From a virus (taxonomy: Duplodnaviria > Caudoviricetes): DNA of 63,784 nt. A program made the translations under genes and the position numbers. The stretch is from the IMG/VR virus record IMGVR_UViG_3300045284_000147, positions 1-63,784 of that record; one strand, given 5' to 3'. The notes below the pieces were generated by a model that was not told the DNA's origin, ran no database searches, and was given only the letters and a program-made list of their open reading frames with translations. Every line of letters begins with the position of its first letter. The first letter of the stretch is position 1. Positions 36,949 through 47,200 of this stretch are shown piece after piece.

Positions 36949-39533
36949 CAATAGGTCGCCATGTTGCCGAAAAGCGAACCGCCGTCGAGATTTTCAAACA
37001 CGACGATGCACCACTTGATCGCGCCCGCATTCGCATTCGGTATAACGCCATTCGGCCAGTAGATCGTCAGCCCACCCCCCGACCAAGTGATCGCATAGTT
37101 TTGCACAGACATGATGATGCGCAGAATGCTGCCGATTGGAATATTGGAAACGGTGATCGTCGCTGTACCCGCAATCGAGACTTTCTGCGACTGCCCGTTG
37201 TTGAAATCAACGGCGATTGCACCGGACGTTGCAGCGACGTTGAACATCCCCGGCGCGAACGACTTGCCGGTGAAGGTGGTACCGACAACCGAAGTAGCGT
37301 TAATCGTACCTGTGCTCATTCCGCCGGGTGTAAAGGCATGCGCGCCACCACCAGCAACGAGATTCAGCGTACCGCCCGTGATGCTGAATCCGTAGGAACC
37401 GCCATACAGGTTGATGTGCTTGGAAAGATCAGTCGGCGAAGCAGCTACAGTCGAACCAAAAAGAGCACCAGCCGACGTTACGGTGCCAGAGAAACTGGCA
37501 TTGGTCCCGTAATAGGTACTGACGTTGTAGAGCGCACGAGCATTCGCATTCAGATTGCCCGCGCCGTCTATGATGAACGAGTTGCCCTCGTGCAATATCG
37601 AATAAGACAGTCCACTCGCACTCCACCCACCGACTTTCCATTTGTTGTCAGTGTCAATCCCGAAGAGCGATGCCCATTCGCCGGGACGATGGAACGCTAT
37701 GTAAGCAGCATGTCCACTGCCACCACCACGTTGCTCCAGATAAGTGCCCGATGGACCGTTTGCAATTGTTCCGTAGGAAGGCGTAACTAGCGTAGACACG
37801 CCACCGGCTGCGCCCTGCGTACCTTGCGCACCGGCTGCACCTTGCGGCCCCGTACTACCGGCTGCACCCTGTGGCCCAGTCCCACCCGCACTCCCTGCCG
37901 CACCTTGCGGACCTTGCGAACCTGTACCACCTGCTGCTCCTTGCGCACCCGCACCTCCCTGTGGTCCTTGCGAACCGATGAACTCAACCCACTGCTTCGA
38001 GTTGCCGTCGTCGTAAAGAAGGAACGTACGGCCGTTGTCAGCATCCCACCACGCGGTCCCAACCGGTGTGGTTGATGTCGATGGTGCCGTCGCGGCGATG
38101 ATGAACAATGACGGTCCCTGCGGACCTTGTGCACCTTGCGGTCCCGTTCCACCCGAACCCTGCGGACCCTGCGGACCGGGTACACCTTGCGCGCCCGCGC
38201 CAACCGCACCCTGCACCCCCTGAGTGCCCTGCGGACCCTGCGGACCTACACTCCCAGCCCCGCCGGTTGAACCTTGCACACCGGCCACGCCTTGTGGTCC
38301 TTGCGCTCCAACCACGCCTTGTGGCCCTTGCGCACCAGTCTGACCCTGCGGACCCGCTACACCCTGCGGACCCGTCGTACCAATACCCGGCACACCCTGC
38401 GGACCAACCGCACCGGTTGATCCTTGCGGACCGGGATTACCCGCCGAACCCTGCGGACCGGGATCGCCGATATCACCCGGTTCACCCTGCGGTCCCTGAA
38501 AACCTTCACTACCCGGTAAGCCCTGCGGTCCCTGCGGACCAGCATTACCTGCTGGTCCCTGCACGCCCTGCGTACCCGCACCGGTTAATCCCTGCGGTCC
38601 CTGCGGACCTACACCACCAACCCCACCGGTTGAGCCTTGTGCGCCGACCGGACCCTGCGCACCAGCCGGACCCTGCGCTCCAACCGCACCAACAACACCC
38701 TGTGCACCCTGCACACCCTGCGGCCCGGTCGCTCCACCTGACTTAATGAGTACGGCGAGACGTGTGTTGTGCGTGAACGTACCTGTGCCAGCGGACGATA
38801 CGAACGCCACAGGCACATAGAAGAAATCCGGCCCTTCGATGCCATCTCCAGTCTTATTCCACGTCTGCGAGTTGTACGAAAAATCGGCATCCTGAATGAT
38901 GAAGTCGTCGTTGATCTCAGTGTTGCGGAAGTAGACCAACGCGTCGAAGTTATCATCGGTCAGTCGATCAAAGACGAGGTATGTCGCAAGCTGTTGATTG
39001 GCATTGTTCCATCTCATCTTCCCCGCGCCGGGATCGGCAAGGCTCGTACCTGTCGCATCAGCCCGGTAGAAAAAGACATTCGCCGATGCACCCGTGTTGC
39101 CCTGCGGTCCCTGCACACCGAGCTGACCCTGCGGACCAATCGGCCCCTGCGGGCCGACAACACCCTGCGGACCGACTATGCCGATGATGCCTTGCGGACC
39201 TTGCGGACCTTGCGGACCAGCACCGAGCGGCACCAGTTGACTGCGTGCAGTGCCTACCGTGAACCAGAGCTTGGTACCGTCGTACTCGAATGCGCCGTCA
39301 GCAGTGGCACCAAGAGACGCGGGCGCGAGGAGCGCACGCGGTACCTTCAGATCGCCGTTCTTGAATGTGAACGACGCACTAAGACCTACTAAACCTCCGC
39401 TGTTGAATAGAACAGCGTCTTGCGGACCGACAAGAACGTGCTCCTCATTCCACCCGGTGGATACGACTTTCCCTGCGGCGATTGCCGCAGGGTTGTCGGG
39501 TATGACGAGAGAGAACTTATGACTGAGACCCAT
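36948..39533 (-). CDS. collagen-like tail fibre 1
   Basis: Three Gly-X-Y blocks (GPQG-rich) separated by globular domains. Confidence 0.85.
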   Translation of the reverse strand: MGLSHKFSLVIPDNPAAIAAGKVVSTGWNEEHVLVGPQDAVLFNSGGLVGLSASFTFKNGDLKVPRALLAPASLGATADGAFEYDGTKLWFTVGTARSQLVPLGAGPQGPQGPQGIIGIVGPQGVVGPQGPIGPQGQLGVQGPQGNTGASANVFFYRADATGTSLADPGAGKMRWNNANQQLATYLVFDRLTDDNFDALVYFRNTEINDDFIIQDADFSYNSQTWNKTGDGIEGPDFFYVPVAFVSSAGTGTFTHNTRLAVLIKSGGATGPQGVQGAQGVVGAVGAQGPAGAQGPVGAQGSTGGVGGVGPQGPQGLTGAGTQGVQGPAGNAGPQGPQGLPGSEGFQGPQGEPGDIGDPGPQGSAGNPGPQGSTGAVGPQGVPGIGTTGPQGVAGPQGQTGAQGPQGVVGAQGPQGVAGVQGSTGGAGSVGPQGPQGTQGVQGAVGAGAQGVPGPQGPQGSGGTGPQGAQGPQGPSLFIIAATAPSTSTTPVGTAWWDADNGRTFLLYDDGNSKQWVEFIGSQGPQGGAGAQGAAGGTGSQGPQGAAGSAGGTGPQGAAGSTGPQGAAGAQGTQGAAGGVSTLVTPSYGTIANGPSGTYLEQRGGGSGHAAYIAFHRPGEWASLFGIDTDNKWKVGGWSASGLSYSILHEGNSFIIDGAGNLNANARALYNVSTYYGTNASFSGTVTSAGALFGSTVAASPTDLSKHINLYGGSYGFSITGGTLNLVAGGGAHAFTPGGMSTGTINATSVVGTTFTGKSFAPGMFNVAATSGAIAVDFNNGQSQKVSIAGTATITVSNIPIGSILRIIMSVQNYAITWSGGGLTIYWPNGVIPNANAGAIKWCIVVFENLDGGSLFGNMATY

Positions 39534-39983
39534 CTACGCGATGCGCAACAACCCGTTCGTGCCGTCGTTCGACGGCATGGTAAGCGTGAAGTTGCCCACC
39601 GTGACCGTCTGCGAGGAGAACGTGTACACCGCCACCGCCTTGTTACCCTGCGAGGTGTTGTAGATGAACGCGCAGTCTGTCTGAAACGACACACCACTCC
39701 ATGTTACGTTGGCACTTGGTGTGGTGTACGCCACCGTGCCCGCACCGGCCGTTGGCGCTTGCCACGAGATCACGTTGCCGCCCGCCGTGTAACCAGCCGA
39801 CGAAACCTCACCGGATGCGTTGTACGCGGTCGTCGCCGCACCGAGAGTCGCGGATGGCGCATACAGTGCGATCTTGAAGCCGTCCGCGCCCGTGCCACCA
39901 CGCGCTACCGTTGTTCCAAAAGCGTGAATGCCGTTCAGCAGCTCGACCTTGAACGACGTGCAGATTGCAGCCGTATTCGCCAT
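39534..39983 (-). CDS. small virion/fibre subunit, paralogue B1
   Basis: AICTSFKVELLNGIHAF..FKIALY..GYTAGG..GNFTLTMP..LLRIA. Confidence 0.75.
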   Translation of the reverse strand: MANTAAICTSFKVELLNGIHAFGTTVARGGTGADGFKIALYAPSATLGAATTAYNASGEVSSAGYTAGGNVISWQAPTAGAGTVAYTTPSANVTWSGVSFQTDCAFIYNTSQGNKAVAVYTFSSQTVTVGNFTLTMPSNDGTNGLLRIA

Positions 39984-39992
39984 TTCGTTCTC

Positions 39993-40223
39993 CTATATCT
40001 TCGCCTGCTCGCCTGCCATCGCATGGCCGCGCTTGATCGTTGCCCACACATCCCGACGCACGATCTCGCCAACCTTGTCGGCGAACTTCGGATCGGACCC
40101 CTTGTATCGGCACTCACGCGCCGTTACCCATACTTGTTCATCGCCCTGCTGCTCGATCATCTTGATGTCGAGATCGGATTCGGGCAAATCACCCAACGTG
40201 GTTGTTACTAGTGCGCCTTCCAT
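39993..40223 (-). CDS. small hypothetical protein between paralogues B1 and B2
   Basis: RBS AGGAGA; VTTTLGDLPES..EIVRRDVW. Confidence 0.7.
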   Translation of the reverse strand: MEGALVTTTLGDLPESDLDIKMIEQQGDEQVWVTARECRYKGSDPKFADKVGEIVRRDVWATIKRGHAMAGEQAKI

Positions 40224-40236
40224 TTATTATCTCCTG

Positions 40237-40662
40237 TCAGACCAGTCGCAAAAGCGCCGTCGTTGGTGTAACCGGCGGCAGGTTGATGGTGAAGGTTCCG
40301 CCCACGACAGATTGGCCCCCACCAAAATCGAACACCGCAATGGCAAGCCCGCCCTGCGATGCATTGTGAAGAAGCGCCTGACTCGCGATGAACGTCACCC
40401 CCGTCCATGTCGGGTTGGTGGCAAACGTCTGCATCGCAGTCGTACCAGATACGCTGGGATTCACATTCGTCAGAACAAACCCACCAGCGTTGTACCCCAC
40501 GCTTACAACCTCTCCGGTTGGGCTGTACATCGTGGTGGAAGCATCCAGCACGACCGCCCCCGTGTACAGCGCGAGCATGAACATATGCCCGCCGCCCGCA
40601 CTGAAATTGTGTGCGGCCTGAAACAACTGCGCCTTGAAGCTGGTGCATAATGCCTGCGTCAC
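40237..40662 (-). CDS. small virion/fibre subunit, paralogue B2
   Basis: ALCTSFKAQLFQAAHNF..FMLALY..GYNAGG..GTFTINLP..LLRLV. Confidence 0.75.
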   Translation of the reverse strand: MTQALCTSFKAQLFQAAHNFSAGGGHMFMLALYTGAVVLDASTTMYSPTGEVVSVGYNAGGFVLTNVNPSVSGTTAMQTFATNPTWTGVTFIASQALLHNASQGGLAIAVFDFGGGQSVVGGTFTINLPPVTPTTALLRLV

Positions 40663-41282
40663 GTCGTGACTTCCTTCGACACCGCGACGTTGCCGGTGAA
40701 CACGCGCGTAACCGCCCCGGTTGGGCTGGTCATCTCCAGATCATAGACGCCACGCGTCCACATCAACACATCCGACTCCGTGTCCTCCGCTTCAATGCGC
40801 AGCGAGATCGTGTTGTTGATCATGTCGAGAACGATGCGCTGCTTGGGATCGATCAGAACGTCCGATCCCAACGTGAGCAGAACCGTGCCGCCGACACGAT
40901 CCTTGATGTCCATCTGCGCGGAATACCCGGTGAGATCGACTGGCGTGAAGAACTGCAGATAGCCACCACTGATGTATGGCGAGAAGTCCGCGCTGTTCAC
41001 CTCGTTGAGCGTGATCACATCGGGGCTGGTGCGCGTTACTGCTTTGAACTCCGACTCGCGCGGCGGCGAGTGCTTGGCGTTGATCTCGCTCATTCCCTTG
41101 ACGCTCACCACCGCCACGCGCCAGCCGCTGACCAGTCCGTGCCCAACCGACGTGATTGAGACCGGAGCCGAATTGGTGATCGCGGAAATCGGCTTGTAGA
41201 TGTACGGCTGCGTTTCCCAGCGGATGATGCGCTGGAACGTCTCACCCTGCAGGATTGTGAAGTTCTGTTTCTTCGCGGCCAC
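40659..41282 (-). CDS. tail/fibre anchor protein (BppU-N-like with inserted beta domain)
   Basis: ILQGETF..PVDLTGYSAQMDIK..GVYDLEM; insert ISAITN..HGL.SG. Confidence 0.6.
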   Translation of the reverse strand: MAAKKQNFTILQGETFQRIIRWETQPYIYKPISAITNSAPVSITSVGHGLVSGWRVAVVSVKGMSEINAKHSPPRESEFKAVTRTSPDVITLNEVNSADFSPYISGGYLQFFTPVDLTGYSAQMDIKDRVGGTVLLTLGSDVLIDPKQRIVLDMINNTISLRIEAEDTESDVLMWTRGVYDLEMTSPTGAVTRVFTGNVAVSKEVTT

Positions 41283-41291
41283 GCCCGTCTC

Positions 41292-44200
41292 CTAATGCGT
41301 GTATTCTTCAAGAAGCGGAAGATAGCGTGGCAACGTCGCAACACCCGTCCCGCTCGCTTCAGCAACAACTCGTGCCTTCGCTCGCGACTTCAACCCCGCA
41401 ACCAGATCGATCTTGAACTGCGGATTCTTCTGACTGAACTCCATCACGTCCTTCAACGCCTCTGTCGTATCCTCGCCCTTCTCCCGTGCCCGGTAAAACC
41501 GATTCGACAGCACGGTGCTGCGCTGCTTCATTAGTCCTTGGTATTGTTGTATCGCGAAGTTCGTTTCGGACTGCTTGGCCTTCTCCGAAGGGGTAAACCC
41601 TACCGCTTGCACGAAGAAGTCCCACGGCGTCACTTCCATGGGCAGCTTGTTGCCTGTGGAGGTTGTGTAGCCCTGATCCTCGGCCATCTTTACCGCCTTG
41701 ATCGGACCGCGCAGCGCGAGCGGCGACATCTGCACCAGACCGTCCATCACCATGCCGTCGCTGATCTTCCCGGCCCCGGCAAGAATGTCCTGCCCGGCGC
41801 TGATGGCCGGACCCAACGCATCGAGCGCGCCGCTCTCCAGCCGGTCCTTGATCTTGCGCCGGTCTGTAAAGAACGACGTGCCCGGCAGCACGTCGCCTAG
41901 ACCGAGACGTGCACTGGTATCGAACCCAAGCACAGCGCGCGGTATGCCCTTGGCAATGGCCGTTCCTACCTCTACCCCGAAGGTTTCCGAAAGCCAGTGC
42001 TGGAACGCCATCTTAATGTCGGACGGATCGTCATCATCCCCAAGGATTGCATCGGCGAATGCAGCGAAGATCGGAGCAAGCGGCAGACCTAACGTACCGC
42101 CAAGTACACTGGTCGTCGCCATCATCGCGCCGAACTGCTTCTGCGCAACGCGCCGAATCTCGGGTGTCTCACCCTTGATGGAATCGAACGCAAGACGCCG
42201 CAGCATCTCCAGCGTCATGAATGAATACTTCTTGAACGACACGAGCAGCGGCGTCACCCCTCGGGCGAAACCGTGCTTGCCGAACGCGCTTGCCGTGTTG
42301 GCTTCGGAGTAGTCGTACTGCGTCTCCACAACCGACTTGATTGCGTTCTTCGTCGCCTTCTCCTGCTGCTCAGCAGTCAGCGGTGTCCTACGTTCCTCTA
42401 TCACGCGCCCACCACGCGTCACTCGCTGACGCGTGCTGCTCCTGTCCGCTTCCAGATTGTACGAAGCAAGCGCCATGGTGAGCCGGTTGATCATCTCGGA
42501 GTAATGACCGAACGCGCTCAGCACCTTCATCACCGTGGCACGCGTGTGCGTTTCACCTGCAGCGAAGCGCCCCAGCTCGTAACTCTGTGTCGTGTCGAGC
42601 TGGCCTGATGCGAGCAGCTCGCGAATCATCCCTTGCTCGCCGGGACTCAACCCCGACTGATCAAGATGCAGCGAGAGGTCGATCACACCGCGCACCCCAC
42701 CCCACACGCCGCCAGCCGCGAAGCCCGTCTTCGCCCCGGCCGAGATCGCCTGCGACAACAACCCGAACGCCTTCTTCGCCGAATGCCCCATCTCCTTCGC
42801 ACTCGCTACAAAACCGAAGCGTGCACCAAGGTAGGGTAAACCTAGATGGTAGGGTTGCGACAGATTACCGATCACGAACGCCGGGCTGGCGGCAAGGAAC
42901 CAGTGATAGCCGAACGACTTCATCGTGTCGATAACCGACGTATCCACCTGCTTCAGACCGTTAGCGAATCGCTTCGCGAACTCATTGACCACCTCCTGCA
43001 CCTGATCCTGCTGCCGTGGATCGCCAGTCTTCAGCGCGTCGGCCGCACCCTTCATGTTCTCGAACGCATTGTCGAACATCGGCATCGCGTACGCATTCGA
43101 GAGCATTGTCGCCATGCCGATTGAACGCTTGGAGAAGTTGCGCCGGAAGTCCGCGTCGTAGCCCGCGACACCGCCACCCCTGCGTCGTGCCATCGCTGCT
43201 GACGGCGAAGTATCCGACTGCAGGTTGAGCAGCTCCTTGATAAGAAAGTCGCGCACCTGCGCAGCCTCGGCGGCTGAGAACGAATTCGACACGCTGCGGA
43301 TCAGCTTCTGCGCAACCTGCGGCAAACCCCGCACCAAGTTGTACAGATCGGTATTGTCGGCAAGCGTGCCCGCACGCAACGATCCCGGCTCAATATGCTG
43401 CCCCAGTCCCGACATCACCCGATGCACCTCACTCCGCTGGGCTGGGGTGTCGAAGCGCATGAACACACGCCCCTCGTTCGGCGTACCGATCACCTTGCCG
43501 GAATCGGCAAGCGCCTGCTGCACCGCGCCCCAGTTCGCCGCTCCCGGCTTGACGGTGAACTCCGTGAAGTAATCGCCTGACCGGCCGAGATGGTGGTACG
43601 GGTTAGCCACCGAAAGTGAATAGAACTTCTTCAGCTCCGCAACCTGATCGGATAAGGCGGATACTTCCGCGCCGGAATGCGCTTCCAGCTCATCGAACGC
43701 ATCGCGCAGCCGCCGGTCGAGATTGAACGAGTACGCATCGAAGTAGTAGCGTGTGTTCGGGTTCGTGCCTTGGTGCAGCGTAGGATCAAGAATGTCCAGC
43801 TTGGCGATGATCGGCGCGACTGCGTTACGCACCCGCTCGTCCCCGCGCAGCACGGCGAGCAGCATCTGCGTGGACTGCTGGATATAATTCTTGCGGAACG
43901 CTCTCACCGAATCATCCAGCGTCTTGCGCAGCGCCGGATCGAGCCGCCGGTATTCGGAGTGAAGCGCGTTGACGTGATCACGCAACGCAGGGTCGAGTAT
44001 CGCACCACTGCGTACATTGTCATCAAAGCTCTTATTGAGATCGATCTTGAGAATGCTCTGCTCGCCAGCGAGGTGTTCCATACGCTGGTTAACCTTGGCG
44101 GCTTGCGAGCGCGACATCCGTCCCAGCGACATATCGAACGGCGTGATGATGCCGGACAGTTCCTGCTGCTTGCTCGTGCGCAACATCTGCCGCGTGGCAT

Positions 44201-47200
44201 CCGCATTACGATACGCAGCCGCACCATCCTTCAACGGTCGCAGCACCGGTTGCCGCTCGATCATCTGCTCCATATGGTAGGTCGAGGAGACCGCCAACTT
44301 GGCCTCGCGCACCCGTGGCCCCAGCATCGAGAGCGGCTTGTTATTCTTCGCCAGCTCGTCGTACTTCTTCACCAGCCCAGTGATAGTGAGATCAACCTGC
44401 GAGAATGCGCCGGTTACCGAATGATCGTAAGTGAGTGCGCTATTGGCCGAGAAACGCGAGTTGCCAAGGTACGGAATGCTCAGTCGAGTTGCATGCTCAA
44501 GAGCGGACTCAGCCTTGACAACGGACATGCCGAAGAGCCTGCGCAGCCAGCTCACGAACCGCTGTCCCCATGTCTGCCCTTCCACCACCTGCGTATCGAG
44601 CCAGTTCCTGAAGTTGTCGTTCGACAGCACCTCGGCGACGAACTCCTCCTCACTCTTGAACGCGTATTGACTCGGCGGGTTGAGCGCCTGAATCTTGCTC
44701 TTCATATCCTGCAACTCTTTGAGCGCGGCCACCGCCGCCTGCTCCTCGCTGCTGCGCGCCGACTCAGCCTTCTTCTCGGCTTCCTTGGCGAACAGAATGC
44801 GCCCAACCGTCCCGGCATGCGTCAGCTCGTGCACGACGGTATGTGGATTCTCCCCACCCTCGTAGATTGAAACCGATCCGTCACCGTGGTGGTACTGCCC
44901 GTACACACGCTCGCCGTGCTCGTTGTACGCCATCGAGTTGACGACGTTGATCTTCGACTTCAACCCCAGCCTGCGCAGCACCGTCGCCATGTGCCGAATC
45001 CAGTCGGACGGCCCGTTGGCTTCAAGCGCGTAGAGCACGCTGTCGAGCGTCCCGTTCTTCAGCTCGTTCGCGAGTGTCTCCGACACGGTATAGTTCGGCA
45101 GCTCCGCATGCAGCACGTCAATCTCGGGGTCCATGCTCATGCGCCGCTGCACTTCGGTATTGATCCTGCGTTCGTACGCGGCCTTCTGCGCATCCGTCAT
45201 TTTCGAGGTGTCGCGCCACAGCCCCTTCTTTCGCAACTCGGTCTCGTACGCGTACCTGTGCTCCGCGAGCTGCGCCTTGCGCGCCTTCGCCACCACCTCC
45301 TGCACATGAGCGTCACGTCCCAAGATCGCCTGCACGCGCCGCACGCGCTCCATCCCCTGCGCGTAGCTTTCGGGGTCGTGCTGCTTCAGCCACTCCAGTG
45401 CAGCAACTGCGTTTTCCTTGCTCTTGTCCTGCGTGACGAGCGCGTTGCCATAGGTCTTATCGCCCACGTTTTCTGCGCGCTTCATCGCGTTGGCGAAGTC
45501 GAGTGTCCACAGCAGGTTGAGCGGATTGTCGTACACCGCCACACTGGGGTCGTAGTTGAACTGCTCGAAGACGTACCGGCTTTCCGGCTTGGTGTTCTCG
45601 CGCCCGGCTTTCTCTTGAAGAAACTCCGGTACCTCACGCCCGAACACCAGCTTCTTCCACTCCTTCGTATATTTCACCCGCTGATACTGTTGCCCCTTAA
45701 CCTTGGGGGGTGGGGTGTCGTACGAGATCGTGCCGTCAGCAGCTATGTTCGGAGTGAACTCGCCCCAACCGATCGTTCGCCCAACGGAGTCAACCTTGAC
45801 GGTAGTAGCCGCTTCCCCCGTGGGAGCCGGTTTCTCCTCCACATGCAGTCCACGCACGACCGGCCCCTTGGGCTGCGACGTGGCCGCGCCTGCACCTGCC
45901 GTGCCCATCGTCGCGCTGTTCGCCGCAGGCGGTACTTCACGTGTCGTCGCAAGCGTCGTTGACGTTACCGTTGCGCTCGGTGCTTGCGTCGTGGCCGGTG
46001 TTGTGACCGGCGCTCCTGCTACCGGCGCTTCGACTTGCTGACCACTAGGCTGGGCTTGGGCAATCCCTTGCCCTTGACCGCTAGGGTTGATTGGGTCTTG
46101 GAAGAGGGACCCAAGGTTTTCTTGAGGAATTTTGGCGGCAGGGGCATTTTGCTTCTCCTTGACAACGGGTTCAACCGGGATGGTTGGGGTTCCCTTCTCC
46201 AGATGATCGACCACTGCGTTCATCGCATCGCGTGAAGCAGTACCCTCCTTCAGCGCATCGCGCGCCTTGCGCAATGCCGCGATCTGTCCCGCCCACAGCT
46301 TGTGACCTTCCGCAGTGGCGAGCGCCTGCTCGACCTTCTTGCGAACCTGACCCTTCATCGACATGCCAGCGTTCGCCGTCGCCACATTGGCGACGTTCAT
46401 CAACCCGGTCTGTGTGATCGGCGTGTTCCCGGTGATCGCGAGCTGGCGCTCCGCTTCAGCTTTCGCCGCCGGGTTGCTGACGATGGGCAGCTCCAGCGCA
46501 GCCATGTTGGGCGCGGGCTGCTTGGCCATCTTGGCGAGATCGCGCTCCTTCTGCTTCTCTGCCTGCTGCGTACTTATGGAGAGTTCCTCGGCGCGTTTGG
46601 CACGAGCTGCGGCTTCCCCACCCCCAGCCACCACCGCCGCCCGCCCCATAGCTGCTTGGCGCTCGGCCTGCGTCTCCATTCCACGCTTGGCCTTGGCTGC
46701 TTCCAGTGCCAGCTCCATAGCCGTACGCGGTGCGGCCGGGGGCGCGGCCGGGGGCGCGGCCGGGGGCGCGGCCGGGGCGGCACGATCCCACAGCGGCGAG
46801 GGACGCTCCCCGGCCGGGCGGTTCATGATCGGCGCGAGATCAAGCTCACCCTGCCCGGCAATACGCTGCGGGAACGGCAACGCCTCTACTTCGCTAACCC
46901 TGCCTTCCTCACGTGGAGCACGAACACCCGGCCCCTCCAGCCCAAACAGGGCTTTGTCTAAACCCATGAGGTCAACATCAGAAGCTGTCGGCTCCAACCT
47001 GAAGGGTTGTTCCGGCTGAACTGGAGGAACTCCAGTGCCCGGTCCGAAGTCGAGCGCCTGCTGACGAGGATCGACTGTGTGCCCTGCTGCCGTTGCTTCC
47101 GCGTGCGCCTGTGCCTGTGAACGCAGATAGTTGACATACGCGTTCTTACGCACATCCCTGCCCTGTTCAAGATCAGGCAGCGTGCCTTGCTTGGCCTGCT

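Noticed and set aside
34473-39533. Diversity-generating retroelement or invertible fibre switch
   Set aside because: No reverse transcriptase or invertase was seen, and the duplicated module differs at all base types rather than only at adenines.
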